Below are positions 26,100 to 38,947 of a stretch of DNA of 64,000 nucleotides, in pieces. A program made the position numbers and the translations under genes. A model generated the notes under the pieces. It worked only from the letters and a program-made list of their open reading frames with translations. It ran no database searches and was not told the origin of the DNA. Each line of letters opens with the position of its first letter. Within the stretch, counting starts at the first letter, position 1. Source of the DNA: Ptychomitrium polyphyllum (lineage: Eukaryota); contig OZ316776.1 of the NCBI GenBank assembly GCA_973851085.1, positions 9,238,001 to 9,302,000 of the forward strand, read 5' to 3'.

Positions 26100-27853
26100 C
26101 ACGTTTGAATTTACTTACTTAAGTTACTCACACACAGGCGCTAACTTGAAAAGATTTTCATCAAGAGTTCGAAGCCATGTCAATGACAATGCATACGAAG
26201 CCTGGTGCACAAGATATGCAAGCATTTGATGCAGAACTGCACTCGTGACTCGCACTTCCTTGAGAAGAAAAGAAACGAGGCGTGATATGAAGATTCAATT
26301 GTTAAATGGCATTGCATTAAGATGCAAGAGAACATTACTTACAAGTGATGCCGGTTTCTGAATCACCGTGACAAGTAATAACTCAATGCAATGATATGCT
26401 ATAGCAAATAAAGCATATGAGATCAGATTTTGAAATATAAAACTAGGTTGTTAAATATAGTCTACATACAAAGCAGATAAACATCCTTTCCCTGTTCTTT
26501 ACTCGTTTCCTGATTCTCCAATGCCACACCTGGATTGCTTCTCGATATTGCAGGAACTGTGGTCCTCCACCAACCTGCAATATAAACCAGATAACTAAGA
26601 CGCTTAAAATCTGATCAGAATATACCTAGAACGGAGAATCGAAATCCTTGCTGTGATTGGTGAGGATGGTAAAGCAACAACTAGTAGAAGCCCAAACATT
26701 CAGACAAAACCTTAGTCCTCGCACAACGGTGGGCTTAACTTACATGTAACAGTGATGATCTCCAAGTCCAATCCACCGCTCTGAATCAACACCATGAAAG
26801 GTTGCATCTTGGCAAGATCCTCCGGACCAATTCAAACATCGTGATGCTCCACATCAGATTCCTCGCTGTAAATGAATGCACAACATAGTGTATCCTAGAT
26901 AAGAAACATTAATTCAGAGCCAATGATTAATGCCCTATTTGACAGTTTCGAGGGACCGCAAGTACCTCTCCGGTGAGCCGATTATTCTGCAATTCCACGA
27001 CTCTTGAGCCAGGACCGCAAATGGCTTGCCTGCAGAGCACTGTGGACGTACTCATGCACATTCAACTTCTTCAGGCGTCGCAAGGTACTGAGCCCTTCCT
27101 GCTTAGCCCGAAGTTCTTCACTCCTAAGCTCAGATACTATCATGGCGTTTTTATAGAGCTCATCCGTACCTGCAAGACGTTTGTGATACATTTCTCAAAT
27201 AGCGTAATCATGCAGACTGGGAACCGTTCACTACCCAGTAGCTAAACTGAAAACAGTAACCAAGATACTGACAACAATGGCCAATAGCGAAGTTAAAACG
27301 AAAGAAGGTATTAGGTCAAGGTTTTTGGAGCCAAATCGTGGCCTGAAACCATAGGACAGTGGTGTACACATTGCTCACAAATCATCAACATTCAAAGGTC
27401 CGGAAATCGAGTACCTTCCAGGAGAGGCTTCGCGCTTACATCCGTTTCATCTTCTTCCCTTGCAATTGCGGAATTCGTCACCAAAAGCTCACAATCATGA
27501 GCTTGATCACTTGCTTGGACTAAATTCCCCTCCCAGTCAGGAGCACACGCACACATATCCAAGAGCGACAAAACCAGCTTCTCCAGCTCCAGAAGACTCA
27601 TCTCGTCCCGCATCCAAGCATCGGCTAAAGCACCCTGAAGCTCATGAATCTCCACTCGAAGCTCCCCGCACTCACGTCGCCACTCACCCGCACGATCTAC
27701 CCCTGAACACCTAAGTCTCCACCGATTCTTCCCCAACTTGGCGCGCTGGAGAGGAAAACAGCGGGCACGGATCCGCGTGCTTGGAGATTTGCCTTCCACA
27801 CAGCACAGGGGTGATCGGATTCCCGCCGAACTGCTAGCGTTAAGCATCGCCAT
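26100..27853 (-). pseudogene. Degenerate multi-exon gene of unknown family with a transit-peptide-like N-terminus
   Basis: ATG at 27853 opens an S/R-rich N-terminus followed by a helical, coiled-coil-like segment. GT-AG bounded exon-like blocks near 27170-26965, 26866-26745 and 26574-26500. The first two of these carry in-frame stops in the likely frame. Family not recognised, and the 3' limit is uncertain. Confidence 0.45.
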
Positions 27854-30271
27854 AGCTGAAGAAAAACAACACGACGAACAACTTCCAACAACGCCAAAAC
27901 TAAAAAAATATCACGCAACGATGAATGAATGAGTGAGTGAATGAATGAGTGGTGAACGATCAATAACAGCACCCATCCGGTTGTCTGAAACTGGTATCTT
28001 ATCTGAAACCCGAATTGCGTGGCACGGGCCTCAATAGCTGATCCCCATGAAGGAGAACTAAATCATGGCAACACAACTTCGGCCTGACTGTCCGGCATGT
28101 ACGACAACGACTTGGCAGAAACTTGCGAAGGTGGATTACGAAAGAAGGCATGTACTGCTTGTCAGCGAGATTGCTTCTGCCAACCAATTCACCTTCTCTC
28201 GCTCTATTTACTGTAGCAGGTAGACTGAGCCTTTACAAGACTGTCAACCTCTTTTAGTGCAGCACTAACTTAGCAAACCAAGCTTTGTAGTAGTTTGGTC
28301 ATCTATTTTGCGGAAGACCTTAGAAATAACAAAACTGGGAAACCGTAAGTTTGGGAAGCACTAAGCGGATTGTTTGGCTCCACTGAATTCCACATGTGGG
28401 TACTGAGTTCCGCACATGGCATTCTTGGATGATCTCTGGTCGGCACTGAGAGTTGGGCTGGTATGGGATGAAGGCTCACCCACATCTGGCACTGCTTCTT
28501 GCTAGACTGAGAGAGAATTTTGAGCCTGGGATTGGGATTTAGGGTAGTTGTGTACTCGCGCTTGAAAGCCGAGAAGGACTCGCGGTCAAATCTGATCTCT
28601 GCAGGACAATGCAAAGCTGTCGTGTCGTCCTCAAACGACCGTGACGGTGCCAGACCACCTTGTAATAAGTTTTACAATAATTGTTGCATCCACGTCACCT
28701 TCATTTATTAGCATGTCCATGTAATCTGTAGGGCATGCACAGTTCAGCTTCGCCTTCTAAGAACTTCCTTTCCTCTTTCGTCTTTTGACAACTTTCCTCT
28801 CGCACTTCCAGATTGTTGCCAGCCTTTACCTCCTCCAGGTTCTGCTTTTTCTAGCTTCACTTCCTACAACGCGTCACTTGCTTAACTTAGTATTGTTGCA
28901 GCACTTCAAGTTGCTAAATTTGCTTCTGTTACTGTATTGAGACAATCGATGTGTTTTTGGAGCTCACCAGGGGTAGGTGGTGACCGATTTGGGTGTTGCG
29001 GCGTCGGTAGTGGGGAGTGATTGCAGCTGTTGGGTGTGACGTGAAAGGAGGAAGAGGATACGGCGGTGGGGATTAACTGGACATTCTCTTGTTCTTGCTG
29101 TACGTTGCTTCTGAGGAGGCCTGCTTCACAATCTTGCGGTGAAATCTTCAAGCATCGAGTTTCAGTTGAAGCTGCTGTGGTGCATTCTCCTGGGAGGAGG
29201 TGAGTTTTTGAATTTTGGGAAGTGGAGAGTGCGTTGTGGGTTGGAAAGTTTTGTGAGCTCAAAATGTGGGTTCGTTGTAGGAAGTGCTATAGGGTGTCCT
29301 CTTGGTACTGCAACATAAGTGTGGGATCCAATCTAGGGTGTCTGAACGGTAATTGCTAGTACGAACTTAGGTTGGATATCAACATTATGAGATATCCACT
29401 GGTACTATTATGTGAGAGGGTCTTTTTGTAGCTCTTCTAGCCTTCAGGGAGATTCAGATAGTGCATCAATTTCTGAGCTAGCAAACTGATGCCGATCTTA
29501 CTGTTCTTTACGTGCACCTCCAAGAATTGGCCCTTCTGAAAGTTCCAGAATTGGATAGCAGTTTCGAAATTTCGGAACTTATGTAACGAAATTTAATATG
29601 GAGAGGTTCGGACCAGGGGAGCTTCGTTGGCATTGTGAGCTGCAGATCAGGATTACTGTAGCGTCGTTGCTCGGGACGGTGACTGTTTTCTGAGCCACAA
29701 GTAGACAGCACTTACTTGGGAACACAGTTTCTTGCGCCGAACAGGAGTACTGACCCTTTACTCTGCGTTAGATCTCTTCCTCTTCATTCCTCGTCAAGGT
29801 TTTTCCCAAACGTTCTTGTTGTCAGGCATTCTCTAACTCTTTTGAGCTGGAGCCAAAATATTCCTGAGAGTTCGAGTTGCAAGAACAGTGGAAGACCTAA
29901 CACACCGCTGCTAGGAAAAGTGAATGTCTTTGCTTTCACTTGTGGGCTGGATGCCGCTTCGTGAACCGCAGCCGATTATGTGGGAGTCGAGATTGAAGAA
30001 TGTTTGCTTTTCGGAATTGCAGGGACTGAATGGACGTCATCTGGTGGGAGTGGTGCTGATCTACAGTACATTCCTTGAAGCTCTTGTGAGAGACTTGGGC
30101 ACCGGGAGGAGGATAATTGTCACGTAAGGATGATGCGTTGTTGACTAAAGGTTCTTAAGATACAACAGCAAGTTTGCTTCACACGCTAATCCAGGCTAGT
30201 ATGGCAAAGGTAGATGATGTTGAACCATGAGAGTTGAGCTGTAGTGTCATGTTATAAAAAGATTAATAGCA

Positions 30272-33200
30272 ATGAGGGCCGAGGATGGCATCGAGGCTTT
30301 TGTGGCTCGCGCAGAATTTATGCGCGAGAGCTTGGGAAAAAGTCGAGAAATGACTGAGACCATGATCACCATTTTAGGCTCCTTCGACAATCGATTGTCT
30401 ACTCTTGAGACTGCGATGCGCCCGACTCAAGTAAGTCTCACTAGCCTCCATGACCTTCTCCCAACCACAATTTTAGGGGTAGTAATTATGTTCCGAATTT
30501 AAGACAAGAGCTAGTTGCTGGTTCTGTATTCGTTCACTCTATTTTTTATCGCGAGATTAACTTTAGGTCTAATAGTAGTATGTGCACAAGCGTGATACAT
30601 ATACATCCAACTTGCAGTTCTTTCGTGTATAACATGGCAGTGACAACCATTTTACTTTGTTTTTTTATTTTAACTTTGAACCACTAGCGCGTGTATTGTG
30701 CTCTTGATCTTGGTTTCCAAAAATCTCTTGATATTTCTGAACATGATGTAGAGCGAGCTATGTGGGACAGTGATAATGTGATATACTTGTGAATGAAGGT
30801 GAAGACACATGCTTTCCGAAAAGCTCATGAAAATATTGACAGTACCCTCAAAGCAGCTGAATCTGTGCTGCATCAATTTGAAATATCTCATCAAGTATGG
30901 AATGCAGCGCCACTTTGTCGTTGTCATTTAGGTTGAGGTTGCATGTTTAATTCAAGGGTAGAGCAGGAAACATAAAATATCAAAGTTTTTACGAAACTCG
31001 GTGTGCATTTGTATGAAGGTGGAAAACAAGGTGCTTCAGGGACCTAAAAGCGATCTGGCTGGATTTTTGGCGGCTTGTGACCAGCTCTATACAAATGTTG
31101 AGTATCTGACTCTTAATAGCAGTATGAAAGCAAGTGACACGGCTCTAAGTCATGCCAGGGATTTGTTTGGCAAAGGCATGAACCGCCTTGAAGAAGAGTT
31201 TAAGGTGCTACTGACAAATAACAGGTCAGCTTCGGTAATGGGAATCTTTGTTTTACTTCGCTTCTGGATTTCAATATACTTACTGATTTCTTCTGGTGTT
31301 TGAAGTAGTTGGGTTTCTTGTGATTGGAAGAGTCTTTGACCTTCTGCGAGTGAATGGTAAAATATGAGTGCTAGATGAATGATTCTGGATGGCAAGTAAA
31401 GACATCAGCATATATTGCTGTACTTACAGTTGGAATTCGGTTATCTTGTTGTTTTGTGCTTTTTGTAGTAAGCCAGCAGACCCTGCTCCCCTCCTAGAAA
31501 CGTTGCCGAGCCCTGAGAAGCATGTGCCAGAAACAACCACTCTCCAGAATGGTGGGGATGAAGAGGTAAAATTGTTGCTGACCAACACTCCTCACAATGA
31601 TGAGGCCCTGAATCCACCTATTCTTCCAGTTTTGCTGTCTCCAAGAGTTATTCCTCGACTAGCTGAAATGGCGCAAAGGTTGGTTGGTGCCGGTCTTCAT
31701 CAACAGTGTTTAAAGATCTATAGGTAAGATCAGGCGTGCTCAACCTTCCAATACCTTAGTCTCTAGCAGTAGGGCTATGCCTGTAACATGAATTTTCCCA
31801 AGCTCTTTCGATACTTGTACTCTCATGCGAGATTTAGGTCCGACGCCATTGATTGGTGATGAGCATTAGCAGGGATGTAAGAGCATCAACATTGGAGCAG
31901 AGTTTACGAAATTTGGGGGTGGAGAAATTAAGCAAAGATGATATAATCAAAATGCCATGGGAGTCGCTGGAGGGCAAGATCAAAAACTGGATACAGTACA
32001 TGCGCGTTGCTGTAAGAATCATTTACAACCTTCCTTGCATTGCGTCGAAGGTTCTCAAATGAACGAGATCAAAGCTTCTGGCTAATCCGCTTACTTGCTT
32101 TGACTGCTCTCGAGTTGGAAAGTTACTGGGGATTTTTGCTGGACTGATTTTTATTTTGGTAATTTATGTTCAGATAAAGCTTCTGTTTTCGGCAGAGCTG
32201 CAGCTATGTGACCAGATATGGTCGCGCTTGGACCCTTATAGAGAGAAAGCTTTTGCAGACGTGACTGATTCCAGTGTTCATATGCTGTTGAGTTTTGGAG
32301 AAGCCATAGCTCGCAGCAAAAAAACACCGGAGAAGCTTTTTGTACTCCTTGATATGTATGAGATTATGCGTGACCTTCAGCCTGAGGTGATATTCTCTTT
32401 GCTTTACCAGTGTGAGGCTGTTAGTCTTTTTATTTCGCATTTTGCTGTGATTCACGAGCATGTTATTATGCGTCTGGATTCAATTCCGAGGTAAAGGCAA
32501 ATTGGTGTTATTTCTGAAAGTGAAATTGTGTCCTTTTATGTGAATAAAGTAGAACCTGTACTAATCTGACTGGACCATTTGGTGCAGATCGAACTTGTGT
32601 TTGCAGGTGAGGCAGCCACAGGTATGCGGGAAGCAGCGACGAGCCTCATCAAAAGGCTGGGGCAGACGGCTAAAGACACGTTTGCAGATTTTGAAGATGC
32701 TGTGGACAAGGATGCAACTAAAACGCTAGTTCTCGATGGAACCGTTCATATGCTTACTAGCTATGTCATCAATTACGTTAAATTCCTGCTGGAGTGAGTA
32801 CCCACCTTAACTCCTGTCTCAATCATGGAGTTTCATTCAAACCTGACTGTATTATTAGTAATTTACTGATGAGCCAGAACAATGTGGCTTGGTGGCTACC
32901 AACAGGCCTTCTTTACTGCAACTCCTGATTTAGCAGACACTATTTACTGATACTTTGTATGTGCACGGTATGTAATGCTGCAGCTATCAGAACACCTTGA
33001 ACGAGCTGTTCTCAGATGGTACACTGGACGACAAGACACCACATTTGATAGCTGTTACCAAACGCATAATGTCATTGCTACAAACTAACCTAGAGGGTAA
33101 AGCGAAACTGTATAAAGACGTCGCGCTTTCTCACTTGTTCCTGATGAACAATATCCATTACATGGTGAAATCTGTCCGCAGGTAAATTATACGAAACGGA

Positions 33201-34303
33201 CAGGTTCCTGCAGATTTCAGAACCAAATACTATTTTATATTCCACTTGTATCATCCTGCTTTATTTTTGGTAATATGAACACACTGGCTTGTGCAGATCT
33301 GAAGCAAAGGATATGTTAGGTGATGACTGGGTCCAGAGACAACGGAGAGTTGTCCAGCAACACGGAATTTCTTATCAACGAACTGCCTGGAATAGGGTTT
33401 GCAACTATTCTTATTCAATTGTCTTCATAGGAATATCATCTTATCCTATTGTACCGTCTGAGCACATCAGGCAGTTCTAAATCCTTTTGGTAGAATTTTT
33501 CGGTTTGAAAAAGCTTTCGAACTTAAAATCGTGTTCTTGTGATATTGTTTCAGGTGTTACAATATATAACTGGATCAGGAGGTGGAGCGTCGAGTGGTGA
33601 AAGCGGCATTTCCAAGTCCCAACTCAAAGAAAGGTATGTTACAATTAGTCTTGAAATCATCTCTTCTAGCTTGCAATATGAACTGTTGTTTCTTGTCTAG
33701 TTCTTCCGCTTGCGTATTCAAGCTTGTACTCGTGAACCAATTTGTGCTAATTCTATTTTCAAAGCTGATGGCGTTTTCTAAGTGAGAATCTTGCGCAGTT
33801 ATACCAGTTACTGTTCATACTTTTGGGTTTACGGTACCAGAGAAACAACACCTTACATTTGTGTTATTTTGATACGCAGATTGAAGGGATTTAGTTTGAC
33901 TTTTGAGGATTTGTATATACGTCAAACGCAATGGACAATCCCTGATAACGAGCTCAGAGAGGCAGTTCGACTGCAAGTTCAGGAGATTATTCTACCTGCC
34001 TACCGTTCCTTCTTGAAACGCTACAGGTGACATGCAAATCAAGCTCTCATGTTTCTTGTTCTACTAATGTCAAAGCATTCCAAGCATCTCAAGTTTTACC
34101 TTGAACAACAAAAGACACTGGTCTGAAATTTTATTGTATCTTTCTTCGTTGATTGCAGCGGCCTCATTGAGGGAAAGCAAAGCGTGAACAAGTACTTGAA
34201 GTACAGCCCTGATGACTTGGAGCGTATGTTAAATGAATTATTCGAAGGCAAGTCAAGACATGAACCCAGAGCACGACAAGAAGGGCGATTGCCAGGCCGT
34301 TAG
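30272..34303 (+). CDS. EXO70A: Exocyst complex component Exo70, intron-rich Exo70A type, 12 exons
   Basis: Approximate exons 30272-30430, 30799-30894, 31019-31224, 31469-31723, 31872-32011, 32174-32386, 32588-32793, 32984-33181, 33297-33396, 33554-33633, 33880-34026, 34159-34303. Motifs: ILGSFDNRLSTLETAMRPTQ, PEKLFVLLDMYE, DGTVHMLTSYVINY, LFLMNNIHYMV, WTIPDNELRE, ILPAYRSFL. Confidence 0.93.
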
Positions 34304-35783
34304 GTGACATAATTCTTTCTATTGCAAATGGTTGGACAAGATTCTGTGAACGTAAAAATACCCAAGATCGTTTGGTCCACATATTTCAAATACCTAAAAT
34401 CTTCGGGAAGACAACATCCCTGGTGTCAATTTCATGCAGGGAGCACGTTCAAAGGCAGGAACCCTACGTCAGGTCTCTTTTGTCTTTTACTTCTTGTTTC
34501 TTTTTGGCTGTAGGGAAGTTCATCGATGCAGTCTAAGGAAATGTCCCCAAATTGGAGTAACAGTGCATCAGTTTGAAGTGGTAGTTTTCGCAGATTACCT
34601 GAGTGATGTCTAGTCCACGCTCGTTGATAATTCTTATGACAGACCATCTTGGGTAGTGGATATTTATTAAGAATGCTTCGCATGTTCCAAGTATGAGGGC
34701 ACAGTGAGGAAGCTGATTACGCTCCCATAGAGTTTTGATCTGGAGTAGGTCAATCCACAGCATCCCTGTTCTAGGGATTCTATACTGAGTTTCTTGCACT
34801 TGTATAGCTTCATTGATCAATGTCAATTCTCATGGTTACACACAATTTTCCATACTACAACTAGCACACTTTCCGCACACTTCTACTCATGGATTCAATT
34901 CTTCTGACACATGAACATTGCGATTGATGCATGTGGTTTGTGCGTTGATCCATCACTTCGATTAGAGTTGCACACTAAGTTGATCAGCATCTGGACTCTT
35001 CGAAGTATCCTCATTGCTCAGGGCTCTAGTACACGCGAGTCGAATCATCATCTACTGGAAGTTAGGATAGAATAGAATAGAACGGTTGATTAATATAAGA
35101 CTCGGTCCATTAAATCGCGACTTGGTCTCGCACAGTGCACAGTATCAGGATTTAGGGTTAAGGAGTGAAAGAGAAAACATGGAAGACTCCAGTGTTGTTA
35201 GGGAAGGATTCGTGAGGGAAGTGAAACTCTGCCGCCTCTAAAGTCTTCTTTTTGGGATTTGTAACTGAGAATTCCACAACAGAGACCCAGGATGGGCAGA
35301 GATTCCTGATGCAAAACACAGATGGCGCAAGTTGGCGAAGGAGTCACATGACAGACGCCGACGCAGCTTCAACGGGCTATCCTTTGAGGAATCGCACGCC
35401 AACTTCTTCTTTTCACAGTTCTGTTCCGTTTGTTGGCTGCCTATAACCACCATTTCTTCCCGTGCTCTTTTGTAATCTTTCGTGGCATTAACTTGAGTTC
35501 TTCTTCCCGTTGTCTTCGTCATCGTGTTCCTGTGAGGCTGGATTCGCCTTGGCGTTGAGTGTGGGCTTGGGGCGTTGGCATGGCGCCGCCTGCCGCAGTA
35601 GCGGGAGCAGGGCTGTAGATCCCGCCTGGCGTGAATCTTCAGCTTCGGGGGCATGTCGGAGCAGCTTTGCAGCTTGTGTCGCAGAGCAATTCGGGGAATG
35701 TTTTGGTGTGTTGCAGAGTGGCTGTAGGAGTGCAGCAGGCGCGCTGGCTTTTCTTTAGGGTTTTAGCTTCTGATGCGAGGTTT

Positions 35784-37376
35784 ATGAGATTTGTCTCGGT
35801 TGGCCTGTCGCCGTGGGCTTGTGAATGGCTCTATGAGATTTCAAAGTCGACTCCCTCGTTACAGAGCGGTAGTGCTGCAAAGAGGACTAATTTCGGGAAG
35901 AATAATGCCATAGTTACGACGCATAGGAGTCGTGGGTTGGGACTTAGTGACGATTCGCAGAAGTCTCTACTGCCTTTGGAGCGTGTTAGAGTAGACTCCG
36001 GAAGCAATGGAAGTGAAGAAGAAATGGCTGCGTCGCGAGACAGGTCCACCGAAATTAGGTCAGTAGAATTTACTGTGGAGTCAAGACGTGGTCGATCTCT
36101 AGACAGTAGAGAGGCCACTGGTGGCAACCTGAGTAGCCAACCGGACCAGCATTTTCAGGCGAAGGAGGGCGAAATGCGATGGAACATGCTCCTGAGCACG
36201 GAAGCCTTGGAGGACGTGCACTTGAACAGAGCATCGAGCGTCACCGATGCGCACGTACTGCGCAGGAAAGGGCGGCTCAAAGAACAAGACGGCTTGATCG
36301 AGTTCATCCTCTCCATGCATTCCACACACTCGCCTTTCGAAGTGATGGAGAAGTTGGAGCGCTGGGTGCGTGAGCATCTGGAGGACCCCATGCGCAGCAC
36401 CCTCAGCCGACTTATACCCACTCTCGGCAGATTTCACACACCCCTCCCTCTCGTCCGTGCGTTTCACAACTACGATGAATTCTCTTCCCTATCACGCTGA
36501 CGCTACGTCCCTCCCAACTTCGCTGAAGTTCGTCACGTCCTTAATATTGCCCAGGTCCACGCCATCGCCGAGAGATTATCCCTCATCACCTTTGACGCCG
36601 ACGGGACGATCTACGCCGATGGACATCACATCGAGGGCGACAACAAGACGATCACTCACATCATCAAGCTCATGCAACAAGGCGTCCAAGTCGCAATCGT
36701 CACCGCAGCTGGCTATCCCGGTAACGCCGCTAAATTCGAGGGCCGTCTCGCCGGCCTCCTCGAAGCATTCAAGCGTCTCTGTCTCCCGTTGGTCATCACC
36801 CAGCTCTTCCACGTTATGGGTGGCGAGTGCAATTACCTCCTGCGAGTGAACGACCACTACCGGCTCGAATTCGTTCCTGACGAGCTCTGGATGTCGCCCG
36901 ACATGCTCCAATGGTCCGAGCCCGACATCCAGGCGCTTCTCACCGAGGCCGAATACTCCTTACGTTCTGCCGCTGCGAGGCTACGCGTTCCAGTTGAGAT
37001 CCTTCGCAAACCACGAGCCGTCGGTGCGGTGCCTCGACAGCCAACAATTTATGAGGTTTTGGAGGAGTTGGCGTTGACAGTGCAAGTTCAGTTGATGGGC
37101 TCTCGCCTCCCGTTCTGTGCATTCAACGGTGGCAACGACGTCTTCGTGGATGTGGGCAACAAATGCGTGGGCCTTCGAGCTCTCATGAGATTCTTGCGAA
37201 AGAAACCGCATGAAACCCTGCACATCGGGGATCAGTTCACCGTGAGTGGCAACGACATGGCCACTCGCTCCCAGTGCTGCATTTTGTGGGTCGCTAATCC
37301 TGAGGAAACTGCCTTCTTCACTCGCCTGCTGCTCACTGACATCCGGTTAGCTCGCCTCCACCCTTACCTCGAGTGA
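35784..37376 (+). pseudogene. ISN1: IMP-specific 5'-nucleotidase (ISN1 family, HAD), intronless, with one in-frame TGA at 36498-36500
   Basis: ORFs 35631-36500 and 36672-37376 share a frame, and 36501-36671 is open. Motifs: LIPTLGRFHTPLPL, LSR*RYVPPNFAEVRHVLN, HAD motif TFDADGTIY, IVTAAGYPG, MGGECNYL, FCAFNGGNDVFVDVGNK, LHIGDQF. The start is uncertain (ATG 35784 or 36024). Confidence 0.85.
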
Positions 37377-37405
37377 ATCAGTTGCACCTTTCTTCTTCAA
37401 TTTTT

Positions 37406-37681
37406 GTTCCAACCTGCGCATGACGAAATCAAGCGGTGCAGGATCTCGGCCAGGATTTAGAGACATTGCCTGCTGTTGCTGTGAGTTTCCAAATTCATTT
37501 TACATGTTGACAAGGAGACACATCGATTATTGGATTGATTTTTCAATATTTAGTTCCAACCTGCTTATGATGAAGTTAAGTGGAGGATCTCGGTTACGGT
37601 TTACAGATGCCGAGTGTTGCTATGAATTTCCAAGTTCATTCCAGCACTCTGATAAGGGTACATATTGGTTTTCGGATTGAT
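37406..37681 (+). repeat. Diverged tandem duplication (~147-bp period) downstream of ISN1
   Basis: GTTCCAACCTGC...GGATCTCGG...TGTTGCT.TGA.TTTCCAA.TTCATT...GGATTGAT occurs from 37406 and again from 37553. Confidence 0.8.
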
Positions 37682-38834
37682 GGCGTTTATCATGGGAGGT
37701 AAACCATGTCCCAGACATAAGGTTAGAGGTGATGCAGTTCAATTGGGGAGTCAATTTAAGGTTTGGAGGGATTTGGTCAAGTTGATGCGTTGCATGGAAC
37801 TGGAGGATTAGAAGTTGAGAATCAGTATTTATGATGAAGTATTAGGTAAAAGAGCAAGTGTACAGATGGACGATTATGAAACAGATTTTAGTATCATCTT
37901 GTTGTGTGAAGGTGATCTTTTACCCAAATTGGTTCTATGGCGCATTCGTTCATGAGGTAGATTCTTTTAGTTTTGTAATGATTGACTGGTGATAAATGAG
38001 TTGTTAATGCATCAACCCTTGCGTTCTCGTTGCTTACGTTTACTATATTGTTTTCAAAGATGGTGCTATGTTTCGTTACTGATTCGTAAGCTGAATTAAA
38101 CCAGCAAATTAGATTTGCAGCTGTATGGAAGACGTGGGATTTGCTGTTTCATTCCTGGTTTTGGATTGTATCTTTGAAGAAAAACAGACTTGAGAGAACA
38201 AGACATAGTGTTTCACAAATTTAACGTCATGCCAGGCTGAACTATATGCTAATGGTGAGATAGCTATTTGTATTCCGACATTACCATATTCCTGTAGCTA
38301 TTTTTATGCACGTGCAAATTTGACCGCTTTACAAAAACCAATGTCATCACATCTTATCCATTTCCATAGTTAATCTTACCAGTAACTCACCCTGTATCAG
38401 AACATCAAAAATCAGTGGAATACTGAGACATAGTTTGTAGTCTCTCTAATAGAATTATTTGGAAACTCACCTGTTCTATAGCACTGAAGCATGTGACCCA
38501 ACTATTTTTATGGCACTAAAGTATTTGATCTAATTATAAGCACACGACATGAAGAAGATGAGCTCATTGGTGAGATTTTGGCTGAGAAATGGGTCAAATA
38601 ATTTTATTATCAAGGAAGAAAGGGGGTGGAATCTTGGAGTAGATAATTTTAAGAATAACCATAGACTATGAAATAAACCCAACCCCTAGAGGTGATTGTG
38701 AAGGCATTCTCCCCTTTGTAGGCCAATTACATGAACTCACCCTCACACTACAACCTCAGGAGAAAGGCACTTCGGGCTCCAATATAAATCATGGGAAAAG
38801 AAGGCTCACAGGTTAATTCAAGTTCCTCAAATGG

Positions 38835-38947
38835 AGCACCGCTTTCTAGGACCACTCTCTAGCACCGCTCTCTAGGACCGCTCTCTAGCACCGCTCTCTA
38901 GGACCGCTCTCTAGCACCGCTCTCTAGGACCGCTCTCTAGCACCGCT
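38835..38947. repeat. 26-bp tandem repeat (AGCACCGCTCTCT-AGGACCGCTCTCT), about 4.3 copies
   Basis: Units start at 38835, 38861, 38887, 38913 and 38939. Each is two alternating 13-mers differing at one base. Confidence 0.95.

Noticed and set aside
36498..36500. Selenocysteine codon or organelle-type U-to-C editing in ISN1
   Set aside because: The position aligns with Arg, not Cys. Land plants lack Sec insertion machinery, and U-to-C editing is organellar whereas this locus is nuclear.
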